Shown here: piece after piece, positions 10,317 to 21,010 of the stretch
Numbering within the stretch: the stretch's first letter is position 1
How the letters are laid out: every line of letters begins with the position of its first letter
Source: Nitrospirota bacterium
GTDB lineage: Bacteria; Nitrospirota; UBA9217
DNA: 64,000 bases
Direction: 5' to 3'
Assembly (NCBI GenBank): GCA_963818475.1
Contig: CAWFSF010000006.1
Location: forward strand, 640,001-704,000
Made by a program: the position numbers and the translations under genes
Notes under the pieces: generated by a model
Databases searched by the model: none
Told to the model about the DNA's origin: nothing
Seen by the model: only the letters and a program-made list of their open reading frames with translations

Positions 10317-12557
10317 CTACTTTTCCTGCTCGACCGGAATGATGATTTTGAAAACGGTTCCCCGGTTGACCTCGCTGCAGACGGTGATATCGCCCTTGAA
10401 CCGCTTGATGATATTGTAGCTCAGCGAGAGTCCCAGGCCGGTGCCTTTACCGATCTCCTTGGTAGTATAGAATGGATCGAAGATCTTTACCAGGTCGTTC
10501 TGGGGGATCCCGCTGCCGGTATCGGCGAACGCCACCAGGATGGCGTCCTGGTCCTGGTCGTCCCTTCCCTGCGAAGTGGAGATCTGCAGCGTGCCGCCGT
10601 CAGGCATGGCATCAAGCGCGTTCAGGATGATATTGATGAATACCTGGGCTGCCTGGCCTTCGTCGATCATGGTCTTGGGAAGCGCTGGGTCCAGGTTCAC
10701 CGTGATGTCGATGGTATGCTTCATCCGCTTGTCCAACCGCATCAGGTCGAGGGTCGACTGAAGAACATCGTTGATTTGCACATATTTGATGTTTGTTGAC
10801 GTGGCACGGGAGAAGGTGGACATTTGCCGGACGATCTCGGTGATCCGCTGGATGTGGTTATTGATGATGTCCAGGCTGTTCTGGGTAAATTCATCGGTGG
10901 CCATTTCGCGCAGCAGCTGGGCAAAGGTGGAAATGGAGGTAAGCGGATTGCCGATCTCATGGGCAACGCCTGCCGCCAGCCTGCCGAGGGCGGCAAGTTT
11001 TTCGGAGTGCATGACCTGCTGTTCGAGCTGCTTTGCCGTGGCGGTCCCCTTGTCGACCTTGTCTTCGAGCTCGACGGTGTACTGTTTGAGCGCTTCTTCG
11101 AGCTCCACGCGTTTGGTAACATCGGTGCTGGTCAACAGGATCCCCGGCGATTTGCCGTCGATAAGGAGGGGGCTCACGTTCATCTCAAGGTAGAGGGGAG
11201 CTTCACGGATGCTCGTGATCTTGTAGTCCTTTATCTCGAAGCTGCGCCCGGAAATGGCTTTTTGCAGGATCGTGACCATGGGAATGCCGTTGTAGGGGAC
11301 CAACTCATCAGGAAAGAGTGAGAAAAACGGCTTGCCGAGGATGTCCTGCTTGCGGTGGTTCAGGATGAGGGCCTGCGCGGTGTTCAGCGTTCTGACCTTA
11401 AGGTCCTTGTCCAGGACCATGAGGTTCGTTTTGGTATTTTCGACGATGTTCTCCAGATATTCCTTGGCGATCTCGATCTGATGCTCAAGATGCTGCTGGT
11501 TCTCGAGATGCTTTGTCCGCTCCTCTGCCTTGATCTTCTTCTTGTAGGTGATGATGGAGACTCCCGACGCCGCGACCGTGGTGACGAAGATGGACATGAT
11601 CAGGAGGGAGTAAAAGAGCATGCTCTTCTGCATGAGCGCGATGACGTCCGCTTTCGGCGCGGAGACCACGACGATCCAGGATTTTCTCGCCATGGGGAAC
11701 TTGTAGTACGCCGCGAGCATGTCCTTTCCTCCGGGGGCCGTATAATAGCCGAAGGTCTGCGACTTGCCTTCTATCATCTTTTTTTCGGTGTCAAAGGACT
11801 GGTGGCATTGGAAGCAGGTTGTATCGGAGTGATAAAGGTTTTTCCCGACCATGGACGGCTGGGTGGGATGGTACAGGAGGGTCCCCTCGCTGTCCATCAT
11901 CCACGCATATCCGCTCTGCCCCGATCTGATCGGGGAAAGATATTTCTGGGTGATGCCGTTCATGGACAGCACCGCCAGGACCACGCCGCTGAACTCATGC
12001 AGCGAACGTCCCGTCTGCAGATAGATGGGGGTGGCAACAATGAACTCTTTTGTTTCTTGCTCATTCGGGCTGTGGAGTTCCATCAGGTCTGTTACAAGTT
12101 TTTCATTCCGGGGCAGGACCCGCGCCTGTCGGAAGTAATCGGTTTTGGAAAGGTCCACCCGTTCCCGGCCGGGATAGGAACTGTCAAAGAGGAGAATGCC
12201 GTGCTTGTCGAGGACCCTGATGGTGATCAAGGCTTCGTTCTGAAGGCTGAAATTGATCGACTCCGCGACTTGTTTGCACGCGGGCTGAAGGTGGATGCGG
12301 TCGATCTGGGGGAGCTGGGAGATCACCCTGATGTTCTTGTACACATGGTCCACGAAGCTCTCGATGTTTATTGCCACTTCGCGGGCCAGCAGGAGCTGCT
12401 GTTTGTTGAACTGTTCAGCCATCTCATCCTGGAGCGACTGATGAAAGAACTGGCCGAGAATAATGATCAGGGAGAGAACAACGAGCAGGGAAAGGATGAA
12501 AACTGCCGGCGTGAGCAGCTCTCGCTGTTTTAGCGTGCGGATAAGTCGTTGAAACAT
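10317..12557 (-). CDS. Sensor histidine kinase with periplasmic Cache domain containing CxxCH, plus PAS domain
   Basis: 2 TM, GYAWMMD..G.LLYHP, CFQCH, PAS, AHEIGNPL H-box, GTGLGL. Confidence 0.92.
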   Translation of the reverse strand: MFQRLIRTLKQRELLTPAVFILSLLVVLSLIIILGQFFHQSLQDEMAEQFNKQQLLLAREVAINIESFVDHVYKNIRVISQLPQIDRIHLQPACKQVAESINFSLQNEALITIRVLDKHGILLFDSSYPGRERVDLSKTDYFRQARVLPRNEKLVTDLMELHSPNEQETKEFIVATPIYLQTGRSLHEFSGVVLAVLSMNGITQKYLSPIRSGQSGYAWMMDSEGTLLYHPTQPSMVGKNLYHSDTTCFQCHQSFDTEKKMIEGKSQTFGYYTAPGGKDMLAAYYKFPMARKSWIVVVSAPKADVIALMQKSMLFYSLLIMSIFVTTVAASGVSIITYKKKIKAEERTKHLENQQHLEHQIEIAKEYLENIVENTKTNLMVLDKDLKVRTLNTAQALILNHRKQDILGKPFFSLFPDELVPYNGIPMVTILQKAISGRSFEIKDYKITSIREAPLYLEMNVSPLLIDGKSPGILLTSTDVTKRVELEEALKQYTVELEDKVDKGTATAKQLEQQVMHSEKLAALGRLAAGVAHEIGNPLTSISTFAQLLREMATDEFTQNSLDIINNHIQRITEIVRQMSTFSRATSTNIKYVQINDVLQSTLDLMRLDKRMKHTIDITVNLDPALPKTMIDEGQAAQVFINIILNALDAMPDGGTLQISTSQGRDDQDQDAILVAFADTGSGIPQNDLVKIFDPFYTTKEIGKGTGLGLSLSYNIIKRFKGDITVCSEVNRGTVFKIIIPVEQEK

Positions 12558-12684
12558 GGAGTACTTTACTTCTAATGAGAGGACATAGTCAAGCGGGAAA
12601 AGGCGGGCTGGTGCAAAGCGTGCATGCGGAGCGTAATCGCCGCAATGTTTGCCGTCTTAGTCCTGAGCTCAGGCGAGAGGGCGC

Positions 12685-14502
12685 TCAGAACAGCTGGGAT
12701 TGCGTCTGGTGCTCTCCCGCGATGTTCCAGGACCGGTCAAGGGGCAGGGAGAAAATGAAGGTACTGCCCTGGCCTGGCGAGCTTTCAGCCCGGATCGTGC
12801 CGCCGTGGTATTCAACGATCTGCCGCGTGATGGCCAGTCCCAGTCCTGTCCCTTCGGCATCGTTCGTCAGCACGTCGCCGGACCGGTGAAACTTTTCAAA
12901 AATTAGATCCAGTTCGCTTTCAGGGATGCCGACGCCGGTGTCCGATACGGACACGACTATATGCGGTGCCGGCGTTGTCTCCAGATGGGCAGTGATCACG
13001 ATCCTGCCGCCCAGCGGGGTGAACTTGATGGAATTGGAAAGGATGTTCGTCATGACCTGAACGAGCCGATCCTTGTCTCCGAGAAAAGGAGGCACCGGAG
13101 CCTGCACGTTGGTGATGATGGCCAGGCTTTTGTTGTCCGCCAGCGACTGAATGCCGGACACGGAGGTCTGGATAACGTCATCCATGGTCAGCCTGACGAT
13201 GTTCCAGCTCAGTTTGCCCGCCTCGATCTTGGTGAGGTCAAGGATGTCGTTGATCAGCCGGGACAGCCGGTCGCTTTCCCGATTAATGATGTTCAGGAGC
13301 CTGGTTTTTTTCTCGATCGCCATCCGGGGCTTCATCAGGATGAGCTCGGTGAAGGCCTTGATCGAGGTGAGCGGTGTGCGCAGTTCATGGGAAACGATCG
13401 AGATGAAATCCGACTTGATGTGGTCGAGTTCTTTCAGCTTCAGGTTGGCCCCTTCGAGCTCGCGGTTGGCTATGGCGAGGTTCTGGTTGGAGAGCTGAAG
13501 CCGTTCGTAGGCCTTGGTGAGGTTCTCGGTCTTTTCGGTCACCCGGAACTCGAGGTTCCGGTTCAGTTCCTCCAGGTCGCTCCGGTTCTTCTCAAGCTCA
13601 TGCGCCATTTTGTCGAAGCTCTGGGAAAGCACGCCGATCTCGTCGTTCGCAATGAGGTTCACCCGCATGTGAAGATTGCCCTTTTCCAGCTCCCGGATGA
13701 CCTTTACAATATGTTCCAGCGGATTCGATATGCTCGTTGCAAGCAGGATGCCGATCCCGGCGGCCACGATGATCGCGATGACGATCACGATGATGATAAG
13801 CTCGAGAAAATCGGACATGATCGGCTGTACGATGGATGACGTTTGCCAGTGCGCACCGAATACCGTGCCCATGCGGTGATAGACGAGGGCCCCCAGAGCA
13901 AGCAGCGGGGCGATGATCGATGCAAGGAGGATGGAGAGCACCCGGGTGCGCGTATTGATCTGAATGACCCGGGAACTGTCGATGCGCACCGTCCTCGTTT
14001 TTTCCGCAAGGAACTGCCGCACCGGATAGAGGAGCCGTTCGGACAGAAAAAAGGAAAAAATCGGGAACACGGACATGCCAACGACGGCATAGATCATCAG
14101 CCTGATGTTCTCCGCCAGCGGCAGACCGCCGATGGCGCCCATGTACAGGCAGTCGACGAACACCACGAACTGATACCGCACCATCACGGAAACGGCATGG
14201 ACGAGCGGAAGGTTCAGTGCGCGGATTCTGGCCGCAGCCATGATATCGTCCGGCGGCTCGAGGCGTCGTTCCTGGTAGAAGGACAGCATTTCGATCGGAC
14301 GGCATTCCCACCGGTCCATGAAATAGAATGCCGAAGCGATCCCGAGGGGAGCGAGAATGAAGAGAGCGATGTTGATGTAGTGGACAAGAAGACGAGGCGT
14401 GAAATCCATGATCACGATCATGTAGGGGATCAGGGTCGTGAAAATGACGGCGATGATCACCAGTTCACTGTAGACGATCTTATTGGATACGTTTAGCTTC
14501 AT
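12685..14502 (-). CDS. Multi-TM HAMP sensor histidine kinase
   Basis: About 6 TM, HAMP (DEIGVL..SFDKM), SHELRTPL, N/G boxes; GGGAG RBS before ATG 14502. Confidence 0.9.
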   Translation of the reverse strand: MKLNVSNKIVYSELVIIAVIFTTLIPYMIVIMDFTPRLLVHYINIALFILAPLGIASAFYFMDRWECRPIEMLSFYQERRLEPPDDIMAAARIRALNLPLVHAVSVMVRYQFVVFVDCLYMGAIGGLPLAENIRLMIYAVVGMSVFPIFSFFLSERLLYPVRQFLAEKTRTVRIDSSRVIQINTRTRVLSILLASIIAPLLALGALVYHRMGTVFGAHWQTSSIVQPIMSDFLELIIIVIVIAIIVAAGIGILLATSISNPLEHIVKVIRELEKGNLHMRVNLIANDEIGVLSQSFDKMAHELEKNRSDLEELNRNLEFRVTEKTENLTKAYERLQLSNQNLAIANRELEGANLKLKELDHIKSDFISIVSHELRTPLTSIKAFTELILMKPRMAIEKKTRLLNIINRESDRLSRLINDILDLTKIEAGKLSWNIVRLTMDDVIQTSVSGIQSLADNKSLAIITNVQAPVPPFLGDKDRLVQVMTNILSNSIKFTPLGGRIVITAHLETTPAPHIVVSVSDTGVGIPESELDLIFEKFHRSGDVLTNDAEGTGLGLAITRQIVEYHGGTIRAESSPGQGSTFIFSLPLDRSWNIAGEHQTQSQLF

Positions 14503-14647
14503 ACTCCCCAACCCGGAACGGAAAGAACTGAAACAGCTGAGGGGCACTCAGGTGTTTTTCCTCAGGCCGCGGCCTGATTGCCACGGACAACACCTTACGG
14601 TGCGATGAATATCTGCCATCAATGATCGATGCTGCCGCTCGAGGGGC

Positions 14648-15812
14648 CTACGGGAACAGGGTCTTAATGGCCGCCTTGCGCAGAACGTTGACGTCAATGC
14701 CGGGGTGGCTAACGGACTCGATGGCGGCGGAGAGCAGGTCCTTGGCGGTATGGATGTTCGCCGAGCTCAACTTTGCCAGCGAGGCTTCCGTCACCGCTCC
14801 GATGCGGCTGAGCGGCACGTCATTCTTTGACGTGTACAGGACCACCAGCCTGGATTCACCCTGGATGATCGGCAAAAAGGAAATGTGCTTGATGCCGATA
14901 CGGTTGATCATTCCGTCTGCTTCTGTCCCGATAAAAAAACCGGTATAATCCGTAAAGAGCGTTGCGCACAGCACATCGACTGCGAGCGTCTGAATATTGT
15001 TGGCGGTCACCTGGTTGAAAAAAACACCGTACCGCGAGATGCGGATCATCTCCCGGATGAGCTGCTCCCGCTTGTTGACCGGAAGGAAGTGGAACACGTT
15101 GATGGCGTACACCCAGTCGACGGCGCCGTCCTTGATCCGTGACAGGTCGGTGACATCTCCCACCTGGAGGTCGATCTGGTCCTGGAGGCCGGCGTCGTTG
15201 TTCTTTCTCTTGCCGAGCTCGAGGGTATGGATGTTCAGGTCGATCCCCTTTGCACTAATGCCGGGGCAGACCTTAATCGGTCTCCCGAAGCACGGACCCG
15301 TCGCCGCAGCCCAGGTCCAGGATGGTGTGGCCCGTGGACAGGCCGGCCCACTTGAAGAACTCCGCTGCGGTTCGAGAGAGCTGCGATGCCACCTTCGGGA
15401 TGTAATCCCGGCTGATCTTCCCCTGGGTGATGCTGTCCAGGCCGACGCATTTCTGGTAGGCATCCCGTGAATATTGAACGGCTTTGGTAAAGTAGCTGAA
15501 CATATGGTGGAGGCCAAGAAGGTCAGGCGCCGGAGTCCCACGCCGAATCAGTGATCCCTTTGCGGTCAGGGTATATCCCCCATCCGCGTGTGCGACATAC
15601 CCGTTGGCTGCCGCAAAGCGCAGCCAGCGCTCGACCTTGCTGATGTCAAAGCCCATCTGACCCGACAACTCCTGTGCGGTCACGGCCTTGTCCAGGGGGA
15701 TCCAGTCGAAAAATCCGAGTTCGATGCCCTGAATAGTGCTCAGTGCCACGGTTCCCTGGATCAGCATATGCATGAGCTCTGCCGAGTTTTTCTTGATGTT
15801 TTCCTGGTCCAT
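14648..15812 (-). CDS. SAM-dependent methyltransferase with N-terminal wHTH dimerisation domain (frameshift near 15285)
   Basis: ILDLGCGDG motif, GIDLN, GDVTDL; N-terminus resembles O-methyltransferase wHTH. Confidence 0.8.
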
Positions 15813-15825
15813 ACCGGGGCCTCCG

Positions 15826-16501
15826 TTAATGGATCTGCAGCGCCGTCTTGATCATAACAATGGTATAGACTATCGTGATGACGATTAAAATTCCCCAGAT
15901 GGCGATGCTCATTCTTCTCGTTGCACTTTCATCAGAGCTGCGGTCGCTGCGTCTCATGCCCGCATCCTTGTGCTGAGCGCTGGTGTAAAAATCCTTGAAT
16001 TGCGGGTGTTGATCGGGGGCGAGTTCATAGAGTCTGGCGATGAGGACGGCGTCTTGGCGCAGAGAGAAGGGAAATCGATAATACACATCAATGTCCGGTT
16101 CCTGCGTCACTATCTGGTGCAGCGTTTTCCGGTCGATGAGCTCAAGTTTTTTCTGATAGCAGAACAGCATATTTTGCCGGAGCGTTTTCATGAACTCCTG
16201 AAAGGGTGTCTTTCTTTTCGAACTTTGCGTTGATCAGGCTGGTTTCATAAAGGAGTACGGCTTTTTCGTAATTGCCGAGGAACTGCCAGCATTGACCGCT
16301 CAGGGCAAGGGCGTTGGCGAGTCCGGAGACGCCGTTGGACAAGGGGATCGTGAAGGGGTGTCCGCGGGCATCCAGTTTTCGGAAAGCGTCTTCGGCGCGC
16401 TGGAGCTCGGAAAGCGCCTGCACGTATCGTTTTTCCAGAAACAGAGCGTAACCGTTTTCAAACATATTTTCAGCGGCGCGTCTTTTCAGAAAAAGTGTCA
16501 T
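15826..16501 (-). CDS. TPR-like hypothetical membrane protein (frameshift near 16200)
   Basis: TPR-like helices (ALALSGQCWQFLGNYEKAV) and a C-terminal TM, spread over two overlapping ORFs. Confidence 0.6.
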
Positions 16502-16508
16502 GCCTGCG

Positions 16509-16880
16509 TTATGTATCCAGGATGGTTTTGACCTTGGTAAGGATTTCCATGGGGCTGAAGGGCTTGACGATATATTCGTTCGCGCCTGCTTCTTTGCCGC
16601 GTTCCTGCTCGGCGACCTGTCCCTTTGCCGTCAGCATGATCACGTAGATATCTTTAAGGTCGGGGTCGGTCTTTATGGCGCGGCAGACGTCGTAGCCGTT
16701 CATGACCGGCATCATGATGTCGAGGAAGAGGATGTCGGGCCGGACCGCACGGACCTGCTTCAGCGCGTCCGCGCCATCCTTGGCAAGCCAGAGCTTGTAG
16801 CCTTCATCCTCAAGCAGGTAGGTGAGCGCTTCCCGGATGTTCTCATTGTCATCAGCTATCAGAATTTTTTTATTATTCAT
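16509..16880 (-). CDS. Single-domain response regulator (receiver)
   Basis: ILIADD, FLDIMMP, MLTAKG, KPFSP. Confidence 0.9.
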   Translation of the reverse strand: MNNKKILIADDNENIREALTYLLEDEGYKLWLAKDGADALKQVRAVRPDILFLDIMMPVMNGYDVCRAIKTDPDLKDIYVIMLTAKGQVAEQERGKEAGANEYIVKPFSPMEILTKVKTILDT

Positions 16881-17120
16881 ACATGCCATACCGCAACAAA
16901 GTGCGTTACCAGTAAAAAAATAGTAGCCTTTATTGAATGGTTTGTCAAGTTTGAAGTGGCGAGCCGCATGTCCGGGATTGCCGGGCAAAGTGGCTGCCTT
17001 CATGATAGTATGAAAATCGAACTATTCCTGCCGGTCCGCTTGTGACAGCAGGATATGGGAAGGTGAGAAGAGTTGCAAGGCATCGAGAACAAGTGTAGTA
17101 TAGCAGCCAGTGGAGGGAAC

Positions 17121-18514
17121 ATGATCACTGACATCGATTACGCCGCGGTCTTGAAGCGGGCGCTTGAAGGCGGCGGCGAGTTTGCCGATATTTTTATTGA
17201 ACGAAGTTCGCCATTCTCGATCCTGTGCGAGGATAACCGGATCGAAAAGGTCAGCTCGGGCCTTGATTGCGGCGCCGGTCTGCGGGTGGTCTCCGGAGGA
17301 CATGCGGCATACGCCTATACCAACGAACTGACCATGCCGGCGATGCTTGAGCTTGCCGATGCGGTCAGGCAGGCATCGTCAGGCGGGATGATCCTTCCCG
17401 GAAGGACCATCGATCTTACGTGCAGGCATCCCCGCGTGGACTTTCATATCGAAAAAGCGCCGGAAACGGTAAGCACAGCCCGTAAAGCGGACCTTGTGCT
17501 GCGGGCAAACAGGACCGCAGGGGCCGTCGATCCCCGCATCAGGCAGGCAACGGTCATGTATCGTGAAAACCGGCAGCAGGTGCTGATCGCAAATTCGGAC
17601 GGCGTCCCTGGTGGAGGATGAGCGGCTCTATCTTACCGCGTTTGTCCAGGTCGTGGCTTCAGACGGCGACGTGGTGCAGACGGGGTATGATGCCATAGGC
17701 GGCCTGACCGGCATGGAGCTCTTCGATCGCACCTCCTTCGAGAGCGTTGCAGAGACTGCGGCACGGCGGGCAGTGATGATGTTGTCGGCCCGCAAGGCGC
17801 CTGCCGGCAGAATGCCGGTCGTGCTTTCCTCCGCGGCCGGCGGCACAATGATCCATGAGGCGGTGGGGCATGGCCTCGAAGCAGATCTTGCGCAGAGCGG
17901 GCTGTCGGTCTACTCCGGGAAACGCGGACAACCGATAGCCTCGCCGCTGATCACGGTCGTCGATGATGCCACGCTGCCCGGCAAGCGAGGTTCGTTCCGT
18001 TTTGACGACGAAGGCAGCGACGCGGAGCGCACCGTGCTGGTGGACCAGGGAGTGCTTGCCACCTTCATGTATGACCGGGTGACGGCGATGAAGGACAACG
18101 CGCGCTCCACGGGCAACGGGAGGCGCGAATCCTACAAACACCGGCCCATTCCCAGAATGACGAACACCATGATCGTGCCGGGCGAGTCGGACCCTGCCGA
18201 GATCCTGCGTTCGACCCTGTCGGGGCTTTTTGTGAAAAAAATGGGCGGGGGCCAGGTGAACACCGTGAACGGCGATTTTGTGTTCGAGGTGAGCGAAGGG
18301 TATATGATCGAGAACGGCGCCATCGGCGAGCCGGTGCGCGGCGCCACGCTTGATCGGCAACGGACCGCAGGTGCTGATGTCGATCGACCGCGTCGGGTCC
18401 GATCTCGGCTATTCCATCGGGACCTGCGGCAAGGACGGGCAGGGCTCGCCGGTGAGCGATGCCCAGCCGACGCTCAGGATACCGGAGATCGTCGTCGGCG
18501 GCGAGGTTGCATAG
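17121..18514 (+). CDS. tldD: TldD family metalloprotease (frameshifts near 17610 and 18350)
   Basis: GGEFADIF, HEAVGHGLEAD, DDEG, TGNGRRESY..P.PRMTNT, CGKDGQ. Confidence 0.88.
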
Positions 18515-18557
18515 GAACATGTAGTGATGGCTGTGCCTCATTCATAAAAAGTCTTTT

Positions 18558-18642
18558 TTGCCACATAAGTCACAAAAGACACAAAAATAATCTTTTGTTT
18601 TTGCAGGTCTTGCTTATGTGCTTTATGTGAATTATGTGGCAA
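18558..18642. repeat. Hairpin element E2 (CACA(T/A)AAG 9-mer units)
   Basis: TTGCCACATAAGTCACAAAAGACACAAAA ... CTTATGTGCTTTATGTGAATTATGTGGCAA. Confidence 0.75.
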
Positions 18643-18727
18643 ATCTTGATTTCTTACGAGTTCATCATATCTGATTTTTTAGAAATCAGCAGGTGTGAAG
18701 CGTTCATCCGTTTGGGAGGGGAAATCC

Positions 18728-19219
18728 ATGATACGCACTGCCATTATCACCTTGAGCGATAAAGGTTCCATCGGGGAGCGTATTGACGAGAGCGGTCTTG
18801 TTATCCGCGAGATGTTGTCCGGTACGGGCGCCGTCGTGGATCATTATGAAATCCTCCCTGATGATAAGGTAAAGATCATCGGCGCGCTGACCCGCCTCGC
18901 CGACTCCGGAACGATAGATCTCATTGTTACTACGGGCGGGACGGGTGTCGCACCGCGGGACGTCACTCCCGAAGCCACCCGCGCGGTCATCGACCGGGAA
19001 CTCCCCGGCATGGCTGAGGCCATGCGCGCTGAGAGCCTTAAAAAAACGCCGCATGCCATGATTTCACGGGCCATTGCTGGGATCCGGAAGCAGACCTTGA
19101 TCGTGAACCTCCCAGGCAGCCCTAAGGCGGTCCGGGAAAATCTTGCTGTCATCCTGCCTGCACTGACTCATACCATAGAAAAGATCAAGGGCGACCCCTC
19201 CGATTGCGGCAGCCGGTGA
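18728..19219 (+). CDS. mog: Molybdopterin adenylyltransferase MogA/MoaB
   Basis: ITLSD, TTGGTG..PRDVTPEA, SRAIAG, NLPGSPKA. Confidence 0.9.
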   Translation: MIRTAIITLSDKGSIGERIDESGLVIREMLSGTGAVVDHYEILPDDKVKIIGALTRLADSGTIDLIVTTGGTGVAPRDVTPEATRAVIDRELPGMAEAMRAESLKKTPHAMISRAIAGIRKQTLIVNLPGSPKAVRENLAVILPALTHTIEKIKGDPSDCGSR

Positions 19220-19426
19220 TCGACGGGGGGCAATTTAGACCACCTATGCAGAAATACGATTGGCCCTCAAGAAGAATGGCAGGCCAGTCCCGGAAAACCC
19301 CCGTTGCCTGTTCCCCGCAACATCATTCTGCCTGCGTTGCGCCGACATCGGAGCGAAATCAGTTGTCTCCCTCTTTCCTCTGTGATACACTTCAAACCGT
19401 AATTACGAGAGTTCTATGGAGGTGGT

Positions 19427-20190
19427 ATGTTCTGTCCCCATTGCGGCAAAGAGATATCTGAAGGCCAGGCGTTCTGTCAGCACTGCGGATCGCAGATTTC
19501 CGAGGCCGCCCCGGTCCTGGCGGCGCCTGTTGCAGGGATGCGCGAGAAGACGCCCTGGGAGGACCGTGAACATGCAGGGTTTCTTCGGCGGGTTGTTCAA
19601 AACGCTGAAACAGGTCCTGTTCTCGCCTGGTGATTTTTTTAAAAAAATGCCCGTGACCGGCGGCCTCACCGATCCGTTGCTCTACGGACTGATCCTTGGC
19701 ATGACCGGCGCCATGTTCTCGTATTTCTGGCAGATCGCACTCCATGGGGTCATGCAGAACTTCATGACGAAGGAGATGCTGGCAGCATCGGAATATTCCG
19801 TGTTTCAGGGCGCCAGCCTGGCACTGCTTGCGGTCAGCACACCATTTCTCATCATCCTGTGGCTGTTCATCCTGGCAGGCATGCTCCATCTGTTCCTGCT
19901 TGATGGTGCAGGGCGCAAAGTCAGGTTTTGAGGCGACCTTCCGGGTCGTGGCTTACAGCGAGTCTCCCTATCTTTTTCTGGTCCTGCCGTTCTGCGGCGG
20001 ATTCCTGGCATGGATCTGGTCACTGGTGATCATTCTCATCGGCCTTCAGCATGCCCACGAGACTACGGGCGGCAAGGCGGCATTCGCGGTATTTTTTCCG
20101 CTCTTTATCTGCTGCGGGCTTGTTATTGCGCTGGGTGCGGTGTTCATGGGAGCCATGGTTGCCTCCTTCGGGTCGATGATGAATCCGTGA
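19427..20190 (+). CDS. Zinc-ribbon plus YIP1-family membrane protein (two frameshifts)
   Basis: MFCPHCG..FCQHCG, TPWEDR, VLFSPGDFF, FEATFRVVAYS. Confidence 0.75.
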
Positions 20191-20236
20191 ACGAAGAAGA
20201 AACCATGCCGGCAGCCTGCGGCAGGGAGGTCGGTCC

Positions 20237-20644
20237 GTGCGCATAAGGTACAAGGAGCGGCAGCCTCGGGATATCGAATTCGGGATTATCTACGGAGGGA
20301 TCGGCGTTCTGATCCTGCTGGCCCTGCGGTTCACGCCTGTCGCGCAGTTGTTGCCCAGCTGTGTCTTTAAGGGATTGACTTCCTTTCCCTGTCCGACCTG
20401 CGGTGCAACGCGGGCAGTACTGCTCCTGGCTCAGGGCGAAGCGGCGGCCTCCCTGAGCATGAATCCGCTGCTATCGCTCTTCTTTATGGGCGCCTGCCTT
20501 GTTTTTCCTTACAGCCTCCTTGCCTGCCTCCTGCACCTGCCACGGCCTTCCGTGGAAATTTCGGTGCGCGAGCACATTACCGCGCGGATTGCGATCGTAG
20601 TGCTCGTACTGATGAACTGGTCCTACCTCGTATATGCCCTGTGA
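20237..20644 (+). CDS. DUF2752-like membrane protein
   Basis: CVFKGLT.FPCPTCGATRA...MNPL motif. Confidence 0.8.
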   Translation: MRIRYKERQPRDIEFGIIYGGIGVLILLALRFTPVAQLLPSCVFKGLTSFPCPTCGATRAVLLLAQGEAAASLSMNPLLSLFFMGACLVFPYSLLACLLHLPRPSVEISVREHITARIAIVVLVLMNWSYLVYAL

Positions 20645-21010
20645 GGCTCCCTGAACTATCCCAACAAATCGGAAAAGCGACGAGCGTTTCGATGCTCAAA
20701 GGTCATATTTTGCGTGCTTCGATTTTTTCACCATATGCTGAATGCGCAATGGCCGGCATATCGGGATAATTAATAATATGTTTACATTTATACAGCAGTA
20801 TGTTATTATTCGCATTCGTCAATATTGCTAAACATTCTCGTCAGTTAGGGTTGGTACTGCGGGCGGGTAATGGTCTCATCCTCGGCCAGATTGCATTGGT
20901 ATGGAGCAGCGGGATGACCGGCGGGGTCGTGCAGGTGAACCTGCATGATAGCACCGGGAAGAGATCGTTTTTTTGGAGGAAACTGAGGCAGCAAGCACTG
21001 TCAGACTATC

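Noticed and set aside
11355-12533. Long antisense ORFs (e.g. 11355-12533, 41041-42081, 62564-63577)
   Set aside because: Shadow ORFs of GC-rich genes with no motifs or RBS
20645-21010. dif-like or ncRNA signal in the intergenic region before lepA
   Set aside because: Only a weak AT-rich imperfect palindrome; XerC/D arm spacing is not met
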